64,000 nucleotides of DNA, from positions 845-64,844 of the forward strand of contig JBBRND010000024.1 of NCBI GenBank assembly GCA_038230515.1. Direction: 5' to 3'. Shown piece by piece: positions 29,186 through 39,119 of the stretch. A program made the translations under genes and the position numbers. Under the pieces are notes generated by a model. It worked only from the letters and a program-made list of their open reading frames with translations, was not told the origin of the DNA and did no database searches. Every line of letters starts with the position of its first letter. The first letter of the stretch is position 1. The DNA comes from Bacteroidia bacterium (GTDB taxonomy: Bacteria > Bacteroidota > Bacteroidia > AKYH767-A > 2013-40CM-41-45).

Positions 29186-30586
29186 ATGGAGGCCACCTTC
29201 TTTTTAAAAATAAAGATTAAACCCGAGTTTAGTTCAATTCAGGAAATTTGGAATGTGCTTTTTGATGCAATTTTATATGTCACAAAAACAGACATTCGAT
29301 TTACGCTAAGGATAAATACGCCAAAACGAATTTTTGGTCCCCAGGAATCTTTCCAGACTTCGTACAGGTTATTTTTTGATGTCATTTCTTTCACTCCCGA
29401 TGCAAATTATACGATAGTCAAAAAAATTATTTTCAGTGAGGAAAGTATCAGAGGACACTCAACCACTGATTCAGGTAGTTCCATCGACATCAAATTCAAT
29501 TCGATAGAATTTGAAATCGAAAATCAGTATTCAACTGAAGATGAAATTTTCTGCATGTATTACGGTAACGTAATTTCCTATAATGATTTTTACAAAGAGT
29601 ATCATCTTGATCCAACGCTTAAACCAACTTTTAAATTAGAGCGCAGAACTGAACCCTTTCATGTCCTCAATTCAAAAATTTCCATCAGACCCGAAATATA
29701 TGTGAACATAAAGGATAAAACGAAAGAGACCGTTTTCGGAAAAGAATCATTTATTAATATCAAGTGCGACTTGGATGTAGACGCAACCATTCACTGTGTA
29801 AACGTACTTGATTTAATTTTCTCATTCTATTACCGAAAAATGATTCAGTGCAATTTCATTAAATACCTAGTAAACAGAAAAGGCAAGATAGTTTACAAAA
29901 TATCTGACAACGTAGAAAATGAGCGATGCCCGACATATCATTTGGGAATGCAAAATAAGTTCATGCTTTTGTACAATATCAACTTTGAGATCATACAGAG
30001 TAATTATGAAACATTTTTTGACATTATAAACCTATACATCAACGCTTCCTACTCAAAAGATAACAAATCAAAATTTATTCTCCATTTTTTGGCGCTTGAA
30101 TTGTTGAAAGCAAAATTCGGGAACGAAGAGCGAAGCAATTTTATTTTCAAAAATATTAACTTGAAAAATCGAATCAGAACGTTTCTTATTGACTTGGCTA
30201 ATTATCTATCATTACAAGAAAAAGAAAGTAAAACACTTAATGAAAAACAGAGAGAAGATAATTTGACAACTGAAAAGGAAATGCTAACATGCCCCTCTAA
30301 AGTGGGCTATCTTGAGGACACAATAATTTTAAAGGCTATGAGCCATCAGTTTAAGCGATTGATGGATATCTATCCTATGGATCTGTCCAAATATGGGGTT
30401 GATTTACGGATATTAACAAAATTGCGTGGGAAAATATTTCATGGAAGCACATTAAAACCCATAGACGAAACAAATTTAAAAGAAATATGCGTTCGTGAAC
30501 GTCTTCCAAAGTTCATTACGGAATTGATTGTAAGGGTTATGGGTGGAAATCCTGAAAATTACAATCGAAATATTTATGACGGATAA
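29186..30586 (+). CDS. Hypothetical protein (466 aa), middle gene of the TIR / AlbA_2 cassette
   Basis: Clean ORF, 18 nt after the TIR gene stop. No recognisable motif. Confidence 0.5.
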   Translation: MEATFFLKIKIKPEFSSIQEIWNVLFDAILYVTKTDIRFTLRINTPKRIFGPQESFQTSYRLFFDVISFTPDANYTIVKKIIFSEESIRGHSTTDSGSSIDIKFNSIEFEIENQYSTEDEIFCMYYGNVISYNDFYKEYHLDPTLKPTFKLERRTEPFHVLNSKISIRPEIYVNIKDKTKETVFGKESFINIKCDLDVDATIHCVNVLDLIFSFYYRKMIQCNFIKYLVNRKGKIVYKISDNVENERCPTYHLGMQNKFMLLYNINFEIIQSNYETFFDIINLYINASYSKDNKSKFILHFLALELLKAKFGNEERSNFIFKNINLKNRIRTFLIDLANYLSLQEKESKTLNEKQREDNLTTEKEMLTCPSKVGYLEDTIILKAMSHQFKRLMDIYPMDLSKYGVDLRILTKLRGKIFHGSTLKPIDETNLKEICVRERLPKFITELIVRVMGGNPENYNRNIYDG

Positions 30587-30655
30587 GTTATTTAAGTTAA
30601 CATATCGATATATGAATAAATGATTTTAACTAAACCTCGCTGAAAATAATTTATC

Positions 30656-31618
30656 ATGGAAGATTACACCTCACGGATCTATACTCTTAAGGACATTCAG
30701 AATTTTATTGCGACTAAAGCTGAGGAAACTACTTACCTCGAATTCAAGGCGGCAGGAGGATTAAGTACTATGCCTTCGGTTAAGGACGAAATTACAAGAG
30801 ATGTTTCCTCGTTCGCAAATTCGGACGGTGGTCTTATTATATATGGTTTAATGGAAGCGAATCATATAGCTGATAGTCTTGACTTCGTGGACGGAAAGGT
30901 TTACACAAAGGAATGGTTGGAACAGATCATTGGGCGAATTCAAAGAAAAATACAGGGTGTTGCGATATACCCGATACGAGTCAACAATAATTTTAAAAAA
31001 TCAATTTACGTTGTAGAAATTCCACGAAGTGTTGATGCACCGCACAGAGCAGCTGACGGTAAATTCTATAGAAGAAGCAACTTTGTACGTACCATAATGG
31101 AGGAATACGAGATTCGAGACATGTATAGTCGGACAATTAAAACGGAGTTGGAAATTCTTGAACCAAAGGTAAATTCAAGAGGTGAAAGTTACTCTCAGGG
31201 GACGCTTGATAAATATCAAGTAAGTATGGACATTGAAATACAAAATATCGGTAAAGCGATAGAAAAAATGTATAAAGTAGAGGTTATAGTTCCAACCCAT
31301 CTTGTGAATACAACAGGCCTAATTTACACAACCCCCTTTTTTTCAAAGTTCTCTCGTACAGAAGGGGATTATGGAATTTATACTTTCCCTCACCAATCTG
31401 AGCTTTACCAAAGTGAGATATTCGCTGTGCCTAGTGCAAACTTTTTTATGACTCAACAGACATTTAATTTGTTGCAAACGCTGCCTATAATAATCAAACT
31501 CTATTTTTCTGGTGGGCAAAGAGAAAAAAATCTGTATCTCACAGAAAACCTGAAGCATAAGCCAAAGAGTGGTGGTATCGAGCACGATTTAAAAGAAGAA
31601 TGTTTCATGAAAGAATGA
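30656..31618 (+). CDS. AlbA_2 (Schlafen-like, 'divergent AAA') DNA/RNA-binding domain protein
   Basis: 'TYLEFKAAGG...VSSFANSDGGLIIYGL' and 'IYVVEIPRSVDAPHRAADGKFYRRSNFVRTIMEEYEIRDMY' closely match the AlbA_2 consensus. Confidence 0.7.
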   Translation: MEDYTSRIYTLKDIQNFIATKAEETTYLEFKAAGGLSTMPSVKDEITRDVSSFANSDGGLIIYGLMEANHIADSLDFVDGKVYTKEWLEQIIGRIQRKIQGVAIYPIRVNNNFKKSIYVVEIPRSVDAPHRAADGKFYRRSNFVRTIMEEYEIRDMYSRTIKTELEILEPKVNSRGESYSQGTLDKYQVSMDIEIQNIGKAIEKMYKVEVIVPTHLVNTTGLIYTTPFFSKFSRTEGDYGIYTFPHQSELYQSEIFAVPSANFFMTQQTFNLLQTLPIIIKLYFSGGQREKNLYLTENLKHKPKSGGIEHDLKEECFMKE

Positions 31619-31645
31619 GGCAGATCATAAAATCAGATTGGCACT

Positions 31646-31676
31646 AAAAAAAGCCACCCTGTGATGGGTGGCTCTC
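31646..31676 (-). terminator. Rho-independent terminator of the 31688..32779 gene (perfect hairpin AGCCACCC-tgtgat-GGGTGGCT followed by an A7 / U-tract on the minus strand)
   Basis: Perfect 8-bp stem read in the sequence. The T-run lies on the transcribed strand. Confidence 0.6.
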
Positions 31677-31687
31677 TGTAGCATGAC

Positions 31688-32779
31688 TCACTTGTTCGCT
31701 ATCATTTTCCTGAGCATGCCGATCACTTCTTGTAAGTGAACAGAATTTTCAATAATCACTGAACAGCTTTCGCCTCCCCAGAATTTCTGAATGCTCTCCT
31801 TCAGGGTTTTCACTACATGATGCTTCAGCAGCTTGCGAGAGTCCTTTTCGGGATGTTTAACCACAAGATCAATTTTGTTTTTCCTGAAATGAAAGAAGGC
31901 AAGGTTCCTATCTTTCTTTAGTGCGATGTAATACCGCTGTGGATTAAACTGAAGATGGCTATCGAACTTCAAAAGATCATCCTTAATGATTCGATACACA
32001 TTTTTAATTTCATCCGATACGCCCTCAAAGTGGGATGCCTCAGTTGCCGGTATTTTTTCTTTGACAACTTTTTCTTTGACCACCTTTTCCTTTTGATGGA
32101 GTTCAGTGTACGCAGGGGACAGAGTGCAAAAAGTATCTCCGTTACTGGAGTACCTTTTCAACGTAAGAGAATGCACGACCCGCCACGGTTGCGGATACAA
32201 CTGCTTAATACCATTTAGTTCTGGAAGTTCACTTTCAGAAAGCACCAGAATTGAGGTGTTGCTGACAATGATTTGTTTGATGAATTCAAAAATGTCAACA
32301 CCTTGGAGTCTTGCTTCCAACTCTTTCTTCGCTTCCTTGCAAATATATTTAGACAGTTCTTCGAGACTTTCCATCTCAATCAGGAAAAGGAAGAACCGTG
32401 TGAAGCGAGGAAAGATGTCCTTAAAAAAATCTTGGTCTGGCGTAACTGTATCTAAAAAATAAAACCTTGGTGTGTCCTCCATGTCGAGCATTACATTGTC
32501 CGGCAGGAAGTTGTTCTTGAATAAATTCTTACTCTTAGTCGGCAATGGAATAAGAATAGTCTGTTGACCGAAAAGAGTTCTGCAATTGTCCAGTACCAGT
32601 TTCTCGATCTCCTTTACTGATCGAAATTTCTTTTCGACAGGAGGGGTTGAGTAGCGATAATCTGTGGACAATGGGTGCAATGTGTTTCCCTTAAGTAAAT
32701 AGGAATTGCGTAAGTGATTTGTTTCTTTCTCAAAGGAAAGCTGCTGGCTGGTTTCAGCCAATGGTTGTTCTTTTTTCAT
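31688..32779 (-). CDS. Hypothetical protein (363 aa); the intact member of a locally repeated gene family
   Basis: Full-length ORF. The fragments at 20775..21218 (N-terminal part) and 27863..28105 (C-terminal part) are paralogous. Contains a 'KEKVVKEKVVKE' internal repeat. Confidence 0.55.
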   Translation of the reverse strand: MKKEQPLAETSQQLSFEKETNHLRNSYLLKGNTLHPLSTDYRYSTPPVEKKFRSVKEIEKLVLDNCRTLFGQQTILIPLPTKSKNLFKNNFLPDNVMLDMEDTPRFYFLDTVTPDQDFFKDIFPRFTRFFLFLIEMESLEELSKYICKEAKKELEARLQGVDIFEFIKQIIVSNTSILVLSESELPELNGIKQLYPQPWRVVHSLTLKRYSSNGDTFCTLSPAYTELHQKEKVVKEKVVKEKIPATEASHFEGVSDEIKNVYRIIKDDLLKFDSHLQFNPQRYYIALKKDRNLAFFHFRKNKIDLVVKHPEKDSRKLLKHHVVKTLKESIQKFWGGESCSVIIENSVHLQEVIGMLRKMIANK

Positions 32780-32965
32780 AATAAATGGATTTTAAATTTT
32801 TGAAGAAATTATCTTCAAAGATTTTATCCAACAATGAAAAAATTGTCAAGAGTAAATTGTAATATAATATGTAAAATGATATTTGTCCATTCCTTCTGAG
32901 AAAAGGCCTCTAAATAAAAAATGCCTGTGCTTGTCGCACGGGCATTTCATTGCTATGTTTCTCTA

Positions 32966-33421
32966 TTAGAATGGCGGTTTGGGAACCGCCATAAGTTCTT
33001 TGAGGTAAATAAGATATGTTCTTGCAATCTTAGCATAACTTCCACTCATTTCTTTTCGATTACTCGCGAACTGCTTTCGATATTTTACGACTGAATGATT
33101 ATTGCTCAAGAAAGAAAGGGATGCACGATTGTTTACCGATAATATTAGGCATCCTTCATCATTGTAATTCTGATCTGTCTTGAAATACAATCCAGTTACA
33201 GTTGATGGAAAATCTATGCGTACCAAGTTTCCGTAATCAAGTGATAGTAATTCTTCCGTTCCTTTATGGAAGACGCTGGCGAGGTTATAGGGGTTTTCTA
33301 CGAACATTTTGTTTTTGAATGGAGCAGTTAAAAGTTTTATCCATTCTTTCAGGTTCTCAGCATTGTCCTGGCTATTCAGCAATAGCTGAATCTCCTTTGA
33401 TGGTTTATTGATTTTTTTCAT
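32966..33421 (-). CDS. Hypothetical protein (151 aa)
   Basis: ORF only. Confidence 0.35.
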   Translation of the reverse strand: MKKINKPSKEIQLLLNSQDNAENLKEWIKLLTAPFKNKMFVENPYNLASVFHKGTEELLSLDYGNLVRIDFPSTVTGLYFKTDQNYNDEGCLILSVNNRASLSFLSNNHSVVKYRKQFASNRKEMSGSYAKIARTYLIYLKELMAVPKPPF

Positions 33422-33701
33422 TTTGTATAAATTTAGGGTAGAACGTTAGTGAACTATCTTAACCCTCAAAAAAGGCTTAGAAAGTCCACCAACACCTAAG
33501 ATACAAAGCTTAAAAACAATCTACCCTAAGTATAGCTTACATATAACTGATTGTCAAGCATTTAATTATTTTTCATTCTGAAGCAAAAGGTTGAAGCAAA
33601 CACTTAAATGACTCTAATGAACGTTAGAGATTACTTCAGATTACTCAATGGCACGCGATCTTTGCATTGCTTTGTTTCTTAAACGTAAAAACGTAATTAC
33701 A

Positions 33702-34499
33702 ATGAAATTGTTTTTGGATGATTTGGAAATAGGAAAATCAAATTTAACAGAGAGTATAAGAAAAGTAACTCTTGAATTGCAAAATCACCCTCTTTATAGA
33801 TCAGTCAAGACACTGGAAGATGTCAAAACCTATATGGAGTACCAAGTATGGTGTGTCTGGGATTTCATGGCGCTGCTTAAGTCGTTGCAAAGAGGATTAC
33901 TCAATAATGATATTGAATGGCTTCCACCGTTTGACGGGAGTATTGGAGCTTTCATTTATGAGATTCTTTTAACTGAAGAGACAGACATAACAGATGTTGG
34001 ACGGGGACATGCAAGTCATTTTGAAACCTATGTAAAAGCTATGCGGCAAGCAGAGGCAAACACAAAGCCGATTGACATTTTTATTGAAAATCTTCAATCA
34101 GGTAAAAAGTTCGATAAAGCTATTGAGGGAACTGAAATTCCGTCTCCTGCACTTGAGTTTGTGCAAAACACTTTGAAATATGCTCATTCAGAATTGCATA
34201 AGGCGGTGTCTGTTTTTTGCTTAAGCAGGGAAGGTATAATTCCAGGAATGTTTAAAACATTCTTGGAAAATTTCAAATTAGAAAATAATCTTTCAACCTT
34301 TCTTTGGTATTTAGAACGTCATATTGACGTTGATTCAGAAAGTCATGGACCTTTAAGTGTAAAATTGTTCTCTAAAGTCGTAGGTACTGAAAAACATAAA
34401 CTCGATGCAGCACTAGAGGCTGCTTTGGACGCCCTTCATGCACGATTGAAATTTCTTGATTCCATTCTTTATAATATAGAGCAAAATAAAAATAAATAA
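33702..34499 (+). CDS. DUF3050-like (heme-oxygenase-like fold, MgoB-like) protein
   Basis: 'YQVWCVWDFMALLKSLQ' and overall all-helical composition. Start placed at the internal Met (MKLFLDD) rather than at the ORF-track start 33648. Confidence 0.4.
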   Translation: MKLFLDDLEIGKSNLTESIRKVTLELQNHPLYRSVKTLEDVKTYMEYQVWCVWDFMALLKSLQRGLLNNDIEWLPPFDGSIGAFIYEILLTEETDITDVGRGHASHFETYVKAMRQAEANTKPIDIFIENLQSGKKFDKAIEGTEIPSPALEFVQNTLKYAHSELHKAVSVFCLSREGIIPGMFKTFLENFKLENNLSTFLWYLERHIDVDSESHGPLSVKLFSKVVGTEKHKLDAALEAALDALHARLKFLDSILYNIEQNKNK

Positions 34500-34500
34500 A

Positions 34501-35373
34501 ATGAAAAAAATAAAATTAATATCGTTAGGCATTGTTATACTTATAAGTTATCTTTTCGCAGGATGCAGGGATGGAAATGAGCCACTGGTTAAGACGCAGA
34601 GCAATCTTTCAGTTTATGATCGAGTTTTAAAAGATTCTGTCATCCGATGTGGCTATACGATCTATCCTCCTGGCTGCTTGAAGGACTCTTCTGGTAAATT
34701 AGCAGGTGTGTTTGTTGAAACACTTGAAAAAGCCGCAGCTGATTTAGGATTAAAAGTGCGGTGGGCAGAGGAGGTTGGATGGGAAACGCAAATTCAGGGA
34801 CTTGAAAATGATCGATACGATATGATCGGCAGTTCAGTTTGGGCAAATCCGAAAAGAGCGAAACTCACAACTCTGACAATTCCACTCTATTTTAGTCCCA
34901 TTGACATTTATGTTCGTAGTGATGATAACCGTTTCAATGATGTGAGGGATTGGAGTATTTTGAATAATGAGCAATATAAGATTTCTGTTGTTGACGGTGG
35001 TACAGGTAATGTAATTCGCAAAAACCGTTTTCCTAAAGCAACGGCAGTTTCACTGCCAGAAAATACTGACTTCGGAACTTCTTTTCTTGATGTGGTGAAT
35101 AAGAAAGCCGACTTTCTTTTAATGGAACCCTTTCAAGCAAGCAAGTTTATCCAGAACAATGGTTATAAAGTAAAAAATGTATCGGAAAGAAAACCTCTCT
35201 ACATTTTCGGCAACAGCTATATGCTCAAACGGAATCAATCCGAATTTGAACATATGTTGAATACGGAATTACAAAACCTGATTAACAATGGTTTTGTAGA
35301 CGATTTGCTTGCTAAGTACGAAAAATTTCCAAATAGTTTTTTGCGTTCGCAAAAACCTTACGCTATAAAATAG
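34501..35373 (+). CDS. Polar amino-acid ABC transporter substrate-binding lipoprotein (SBP family 3)
   Basis: Lipoprotein signal 'LISYLFAGC'. SBP_bac_3-like length and composition. Followed by permease and ATPase genes. Confidence 0.65.
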   Translation: MKKIKLISLGIVILISYLFAGCRDGNEPLVKTQSNLSVYDRVLKDSVIRCGYTIYPPGCLKDSSGKLAGVFVETLEKAAADLGLKVRWAEEVGWETQIQGLENDRYDMIGSSVWANPKRAKLTTLTIPLYFSPIDIYVRSDDNRFNDVRDWSILNNEQYKISVVDGGTGNVIRKNRFPKATAVSLPENTDFGTSFLDVVNKKADFLLMEPFQASKFIQNNGYKVKNVSERKPLYIFGNSYMLKRNQSEFEHMLNTELQNLINNGFVDDLLAKYEKFPNSFLRSQKPYAIK

Positions 35374-35377
35374 ATAC

Positions 35378-36043
35378 ATGAGTGTATTTGAAATACTTTC
35401 CAATCACCACAAAGAGCTCTGGTCAGGGCTGAAGGTTACCCTTCTCCTTTGTGGTTTTGTATATCCTATTGGAATTATCTTAGGTGCGCTTATTGGAATA
35501 GCAAGGTATAAGTGGAAAATATTTGTCGGCATTCCCGGTTTTATTTTTTCGCTCATTATGTCATCAACTCCAATTTTGGTTTTACTTTTTTGGTTGCATT
35601 ACCCGTTGCAATTCATGTTGCAGATTGTAGTTGACCCGTTCATCACTTCGGTTGTTGCGTTGAGTGTGATAATGACTGTGATTGTATCGGATCAGGTAAA
35701 AAATGCACTTAATGATTTTCCAGTACAATACTTGCTTTCTGCAAGAGCATGCGGTCTATCGAATAAGCAAATCGTAAATAAAATTCAATTGCCGATGATA
35801 TTTCGACAAATGCTTCCGAATTTATTATTTGCGATGATTACGGTATTGCAGGCAACACTTTTCACGAGCATGATAGGAGTGAATGAAATTTTCAGAGTTG
35901 CTCAGCAAATCAACAGCGACATTTATCAGCCAGTTCAAATTTACACGGCACTTGCAATATTTTTTATCGGTGTGTGCGTAGTGCTGAATATTTTGGCATT
36001 CTGGTTAAAGTCACAATTAAGATGGAGTTTTTCCGAAGTATGA
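35378..36043 (+). CDS. Amino-acid ABC transporter permease
   Basis: Multiple TM segments. EAA-like loop 'SARACGLSNKQIVNKIQLPMIFRQMLPN'. Confidence 0.7.
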   Translation: MSVFEILSNHHKELWSGLKVTLLLCGFVYPIGIILGALIGIARYKWKIFVGIPGFIFSLIMSSTPILVLLFWLHYPLQFMLQIVVDPFITSVVALSVIMTVIVSDQVKNALNDFPVQYLLSARACGLSNKQIVNKIQLPMIFRQMLPNLLFAMITVLQATLFTSMIGVNEIFRVAQQINSDIYQPVQIYTALAIFFIGVCVVLNILAFWLKSQLRWSFSEV

Positions 36044-36049
36044 TAACGG

Positions 36050-36778
36050 ATGTTAATGGGTAAAAACATATCAAAATCTATTGCAGGAAGAAAAATTCTT
36101 TTATCAATTGACGTTGACTTAATCCCGGGAGAGGTAGTTGCTCTTGTAGGTTCCAGTGGAGGAGGCAAAAGCACATTAATACGCAATCTTGCTTTGCTTG
36201 AGAAACCAGATGCTGGTAAAATCATGATTGATGAAATGCAGTTTGATTTTCCGATGACCGGAAGGCCATTGCCCAACCACATTCACCCATTAGTTTCTGT
36301 AGTATTTCAACAATTTCATTTGTGGCCACACTTAAAAATCATTGATAACTTACTGATGCCATTAAAGCAGCAGCACATATTTATTAATCAGATCGAATTT
36401 GATGAACTTACAAATTACTTCGAAATAGATCATTTGCTCAATCGATACCCGCACCAAGTAAGCATGGGACAGAAGCAACGTATTGCATTTATCCGTGCAG
36501 TTTTATTGAAGCCAAAATATCTTTTACTTGATGAAATTACCAGCGCTCTTGACATCCAACATATCGGTAAAATGATGAGATTCATAAAGCGGCTTGCTGA
36601 AAAAAATACAGGAATTCTCATTGCTACCCACCTAATAGGGTTCGCTGCGAACATAGCTGATGAAATTATTTTTTTAAACGATGGAAAAATTGTTGAGCGC
36701 GGTGATAAAGTAATTTTAAGACAGCCGCGAACAGAGTTGTTTGCTAAATTTTTAAATTATCTTGAATATGAAAGCTAA
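36050..36778 (+). CDS. ABC transporter ATP-binding protein
   Basis: Walker A 'GSSGGGKST'. Q-loop. ABC signature-like 'MGQKQR'. Walker B 'LLLDEITSALD'. Confidence 0.85.
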   Translation: MLMGKNISKSIAGRKILLSIDVDLIPGEVVALVGSSGGGKSTLIRNLALLEKPDAGKIMIDEMQFDFPMTGRPLPNHIHPLVSVVFQQFHLWPHLKIIDNLLMPLKQQHIFINQIEFDELTNYFEIDHLLNRYPHQVSMGQKQRIAFIRAVLLKPKYLLLDEITSALDIQHIGKMMRFIKRLAEKNTGILIATHLIGFAANIADEIIFLNDGKIVERGDKVILRQPRTELFAKFLNYLEYES

Positions 36779-38678
36779 AGGTTATCACTTACCAAGATTA
36801 GATGCCAAAGTGGAAGAACAAATATTAGGAATTCTTCACGAAGGTTCTGAAAAGGTTATTGAAATTCTGCATGAGCATTCAAGAGATTATATTGAAGAAG
36901 ATAACGAAAAATATTTTGAAAAAGCGCTTGTTCAAATTGGAAAAACAGTTAGCAAAGTTGCCTCCTTACCTGAATTTAATTATGACCACACCAAGAAAAG
37001 AAGAATAGCCTTTCTACCTGGGTACACTACTAAAAAAAATAATCGCATTACCCATAAAATAAAATACAAAAAATGGCGAATTCCTTCTGATATCTCTTAT
37101 GACATTATAGGCAAAAACGATGTAGAACCTGTTAAAGAAGCCTACACTAACCAAGCATTGCTTTACTATTATCTCTTAGAGAATCATAAAGACAATTTTA
37201 GAAATGGCGGGACTCATCAGTTCCTTTTGGCAAATGCAATGACCTTAAAAGTCAATGGTGGATATAATTTAGACCTCCTTCAGGTTTATACAGGAAAGAA
37301 AAAATCAGATCACTTTGAGGAGCTTACTTTTTTAACTATCCAGGTTGACTTCGAAAAAATGGATACGGTTGAAAAGCTCTTTAACCATTTTAATAAAGTC
37401 TTGAATGAGGGCAGTCCAGTGGAACGTTGGCCACTGAGTGCAGAAGATAAAAAGGGAGACTTCACAAGAAATGCTGCTACATACAAAATGCGAGGTTATC
37501 TTATTTCGCTTTGGTATAAATTACTTCATGATACAAAGAAAGACAATATTGATAAGTGGTTTGAGGATTGTGGTGGACTGGCACAGGAATTGAAATTTGC
37601 AAAATTAAAGGAACGATTAGAGAAATTACAAAAGGAAATAAAACGGGATAATGGAGAGCATTATTCTTTTTGGTATAGTTTGGTATTTGAAGCATTGCCC
37701 GATTTTACGGTACCCGACAAGAGACGTATTGAAAGTTTGGGATCAGCAATGCTTATGACTGATTTCGAGCTGAAACCATATTTTTTCTGTTGGATACAAC
37801 CTTGGGTAAATCGAATGTATCGGCATGTAAGGGATTTTGAAAATATAGGAAAGGCAATTGCGGATACTCAGGCTAAGTTGCGTAATGTCTACACGGGCGA
37901 TGAGAAATATTTACCTAAAAAGGTCATGGGTGATCGGCTTTACAGTGTTAAATCTGGAAACAAGCATGTGCTAGAACTTATTTTTTATTATCAGGAATTG
38001 TTTGGAAAACATCAAGATGAATATTTAGAGAAAATTGCTCCTGTTGCAAATGACATACTAAACTCAATCAACACTTTACATCTTATTCAAAGAACTTTAC
38101 CTAAGAGCATTGAGAAAAATAAAAAGTCTCTTGCAAAGAAAACTATTGAAATTATTGAATGCTCTGACTTTGCTACAGTAGCTCCAAATGCCATAGAGAG
38201 GATTGAATCAATCGAAGAAGTGATTATTAGGAATCTCCCTAACCCAAAGTTTGGATTTAACTCTGACTTACTAAATTGCGAAAATCGCTTAACCTTACCA
38301 CGTTTTTATTTTAGGATGGTAGGACGACTGGTAGCATTAACACTGTACACAAAATGCAATTACACAATTAATCAAATCCAATCTTTTTTGACTAGAAAAG
38401 TTTTGATTTATAAGAATTCAGACTCCTCCAATGATAGCGATTTTCGCGTTTGCCGAATAAATTTTTTTATCGAAGGTTTGGTGAGTTCTGATGATGAACA
38501 TAGTAGAAGGATAGCCATAAGCGAAATTCAAAAACATTTATCTGAATTTGAAAAGGAATTTTTAGAAATGTGGTATAAAGATTTTTCCGCAAACACGCTA
38601 AATGAAGAAGTCCTTGCAATCTGTAAAAATGATCGACTAAAGGAAATCTTGAGGAACGATTACAAGTTCCGATTCTAA
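36762..38678 (+). CDS. Hypothetical protein (638 aa), overlaps the ABC ATPase stop by 17 nt
   Basis: Long clean ORF with no recognisable motif. Confidence 0.45.
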   Translation: MNMKAKGYHLPRLDAKVEEQILGILHEGSEKVIEILHEHSRDYIEEDNEKYFEKALVQIGKTVSKVASLPEFNYDHTKKRRIAFLPGYTTKKNNRITHKIKYKKWRIPSDISYDIIGKNDVEPVKEAYTNQALLYYYLLENHKDNFRNGGTHQFLLANAMTLKVNGGYNLDLLQVYTGKKKSDHFEELTFLTIQVDFEKMDTVEKLFNHFNKVLNEGSPVERWPLSAEDKKGDFTRNAATYKMRGYLISLWYKLLHDTKKDNIDKWFEDCGGLAQELKFAKLKERLEKLQKEIKRDNGEHYSFWYSLVFEALPDFTVPDKRRIESLGSAMLMTDFELKPYFFCWIQPWVNRMYRHVRDFENIGKAIADTQAKLRNVYTGDEKYLPKKVMGDRLYSVKSGNKHVLELIFYYQELFGKHQDEYLEKIAPVANDILNSINTLHLIQRTLPKSIEKNKKSLAKKTIEIIECSDFATVAPNAIERIESIEEVIIRNLPNPKFGFNSDLLNCENRLTLPRFYFRMVGRLVALTLYTKCNYTINQIQSFLTRKVLIYKNSDSSNDSDFRVCRINFFIEGLVSSDDEHSRRIAISEIQKHLSEFEKEFLEMWYKDFSANTLNEEVLAICKNDRLKEILRNDYKFRF

Positions 38679-38817
38679 ACTCTGAGAGTTATTATTTTAA
38701 TAAAATTACGACAGGTTACTGAAAAACTTACAGGGGAGATGTATCCTAAAATTAACCCCACTTGCATCAACTAACTACCACCAGTTGTAGTTTTCATGCC
38801 ATGTAGATAGGCGTTTT

Positions 38818-39108
38818 TTGTTCCATCAAAATATAGATCTGATGGACGCCAACAAAAATCAACTTTCCACTTCACAGTTTTTACAAATCGCAGAGCAACG
38901 CTTGCCCATGCTCACTGAACTCTTAGTACGTCAAGACGATCCGTATAGAATAAATTGGGTTGGCGGTTTGCTCTCTGTTTCAATTAAAAGAATGGAAATG
39001 GAATTAAAGAAAAATAATTTTTCACAAGGACAAACTCAACAGGCGACTAACACACTTGAAGGATACCGTTCCGCGCTTTTATCATTTAAGAAAAACAATC
39101 AATACTAA
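38818..39108 (+). CDS. Hypothetical small protein (96 aa)
   Basis: ORF only. Confidence 0.3.
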   Translation: MFHQNIDLMDANKNQLSTSQFLQIAEQRLPMLTELLVRQDDPYRINWVGGLLSVSIKRMEMELKKNNFSQGQTQQATNTLEGYRSALLSFKKNNQY

Positions 39109-39119
39109 AAACAAAAATC

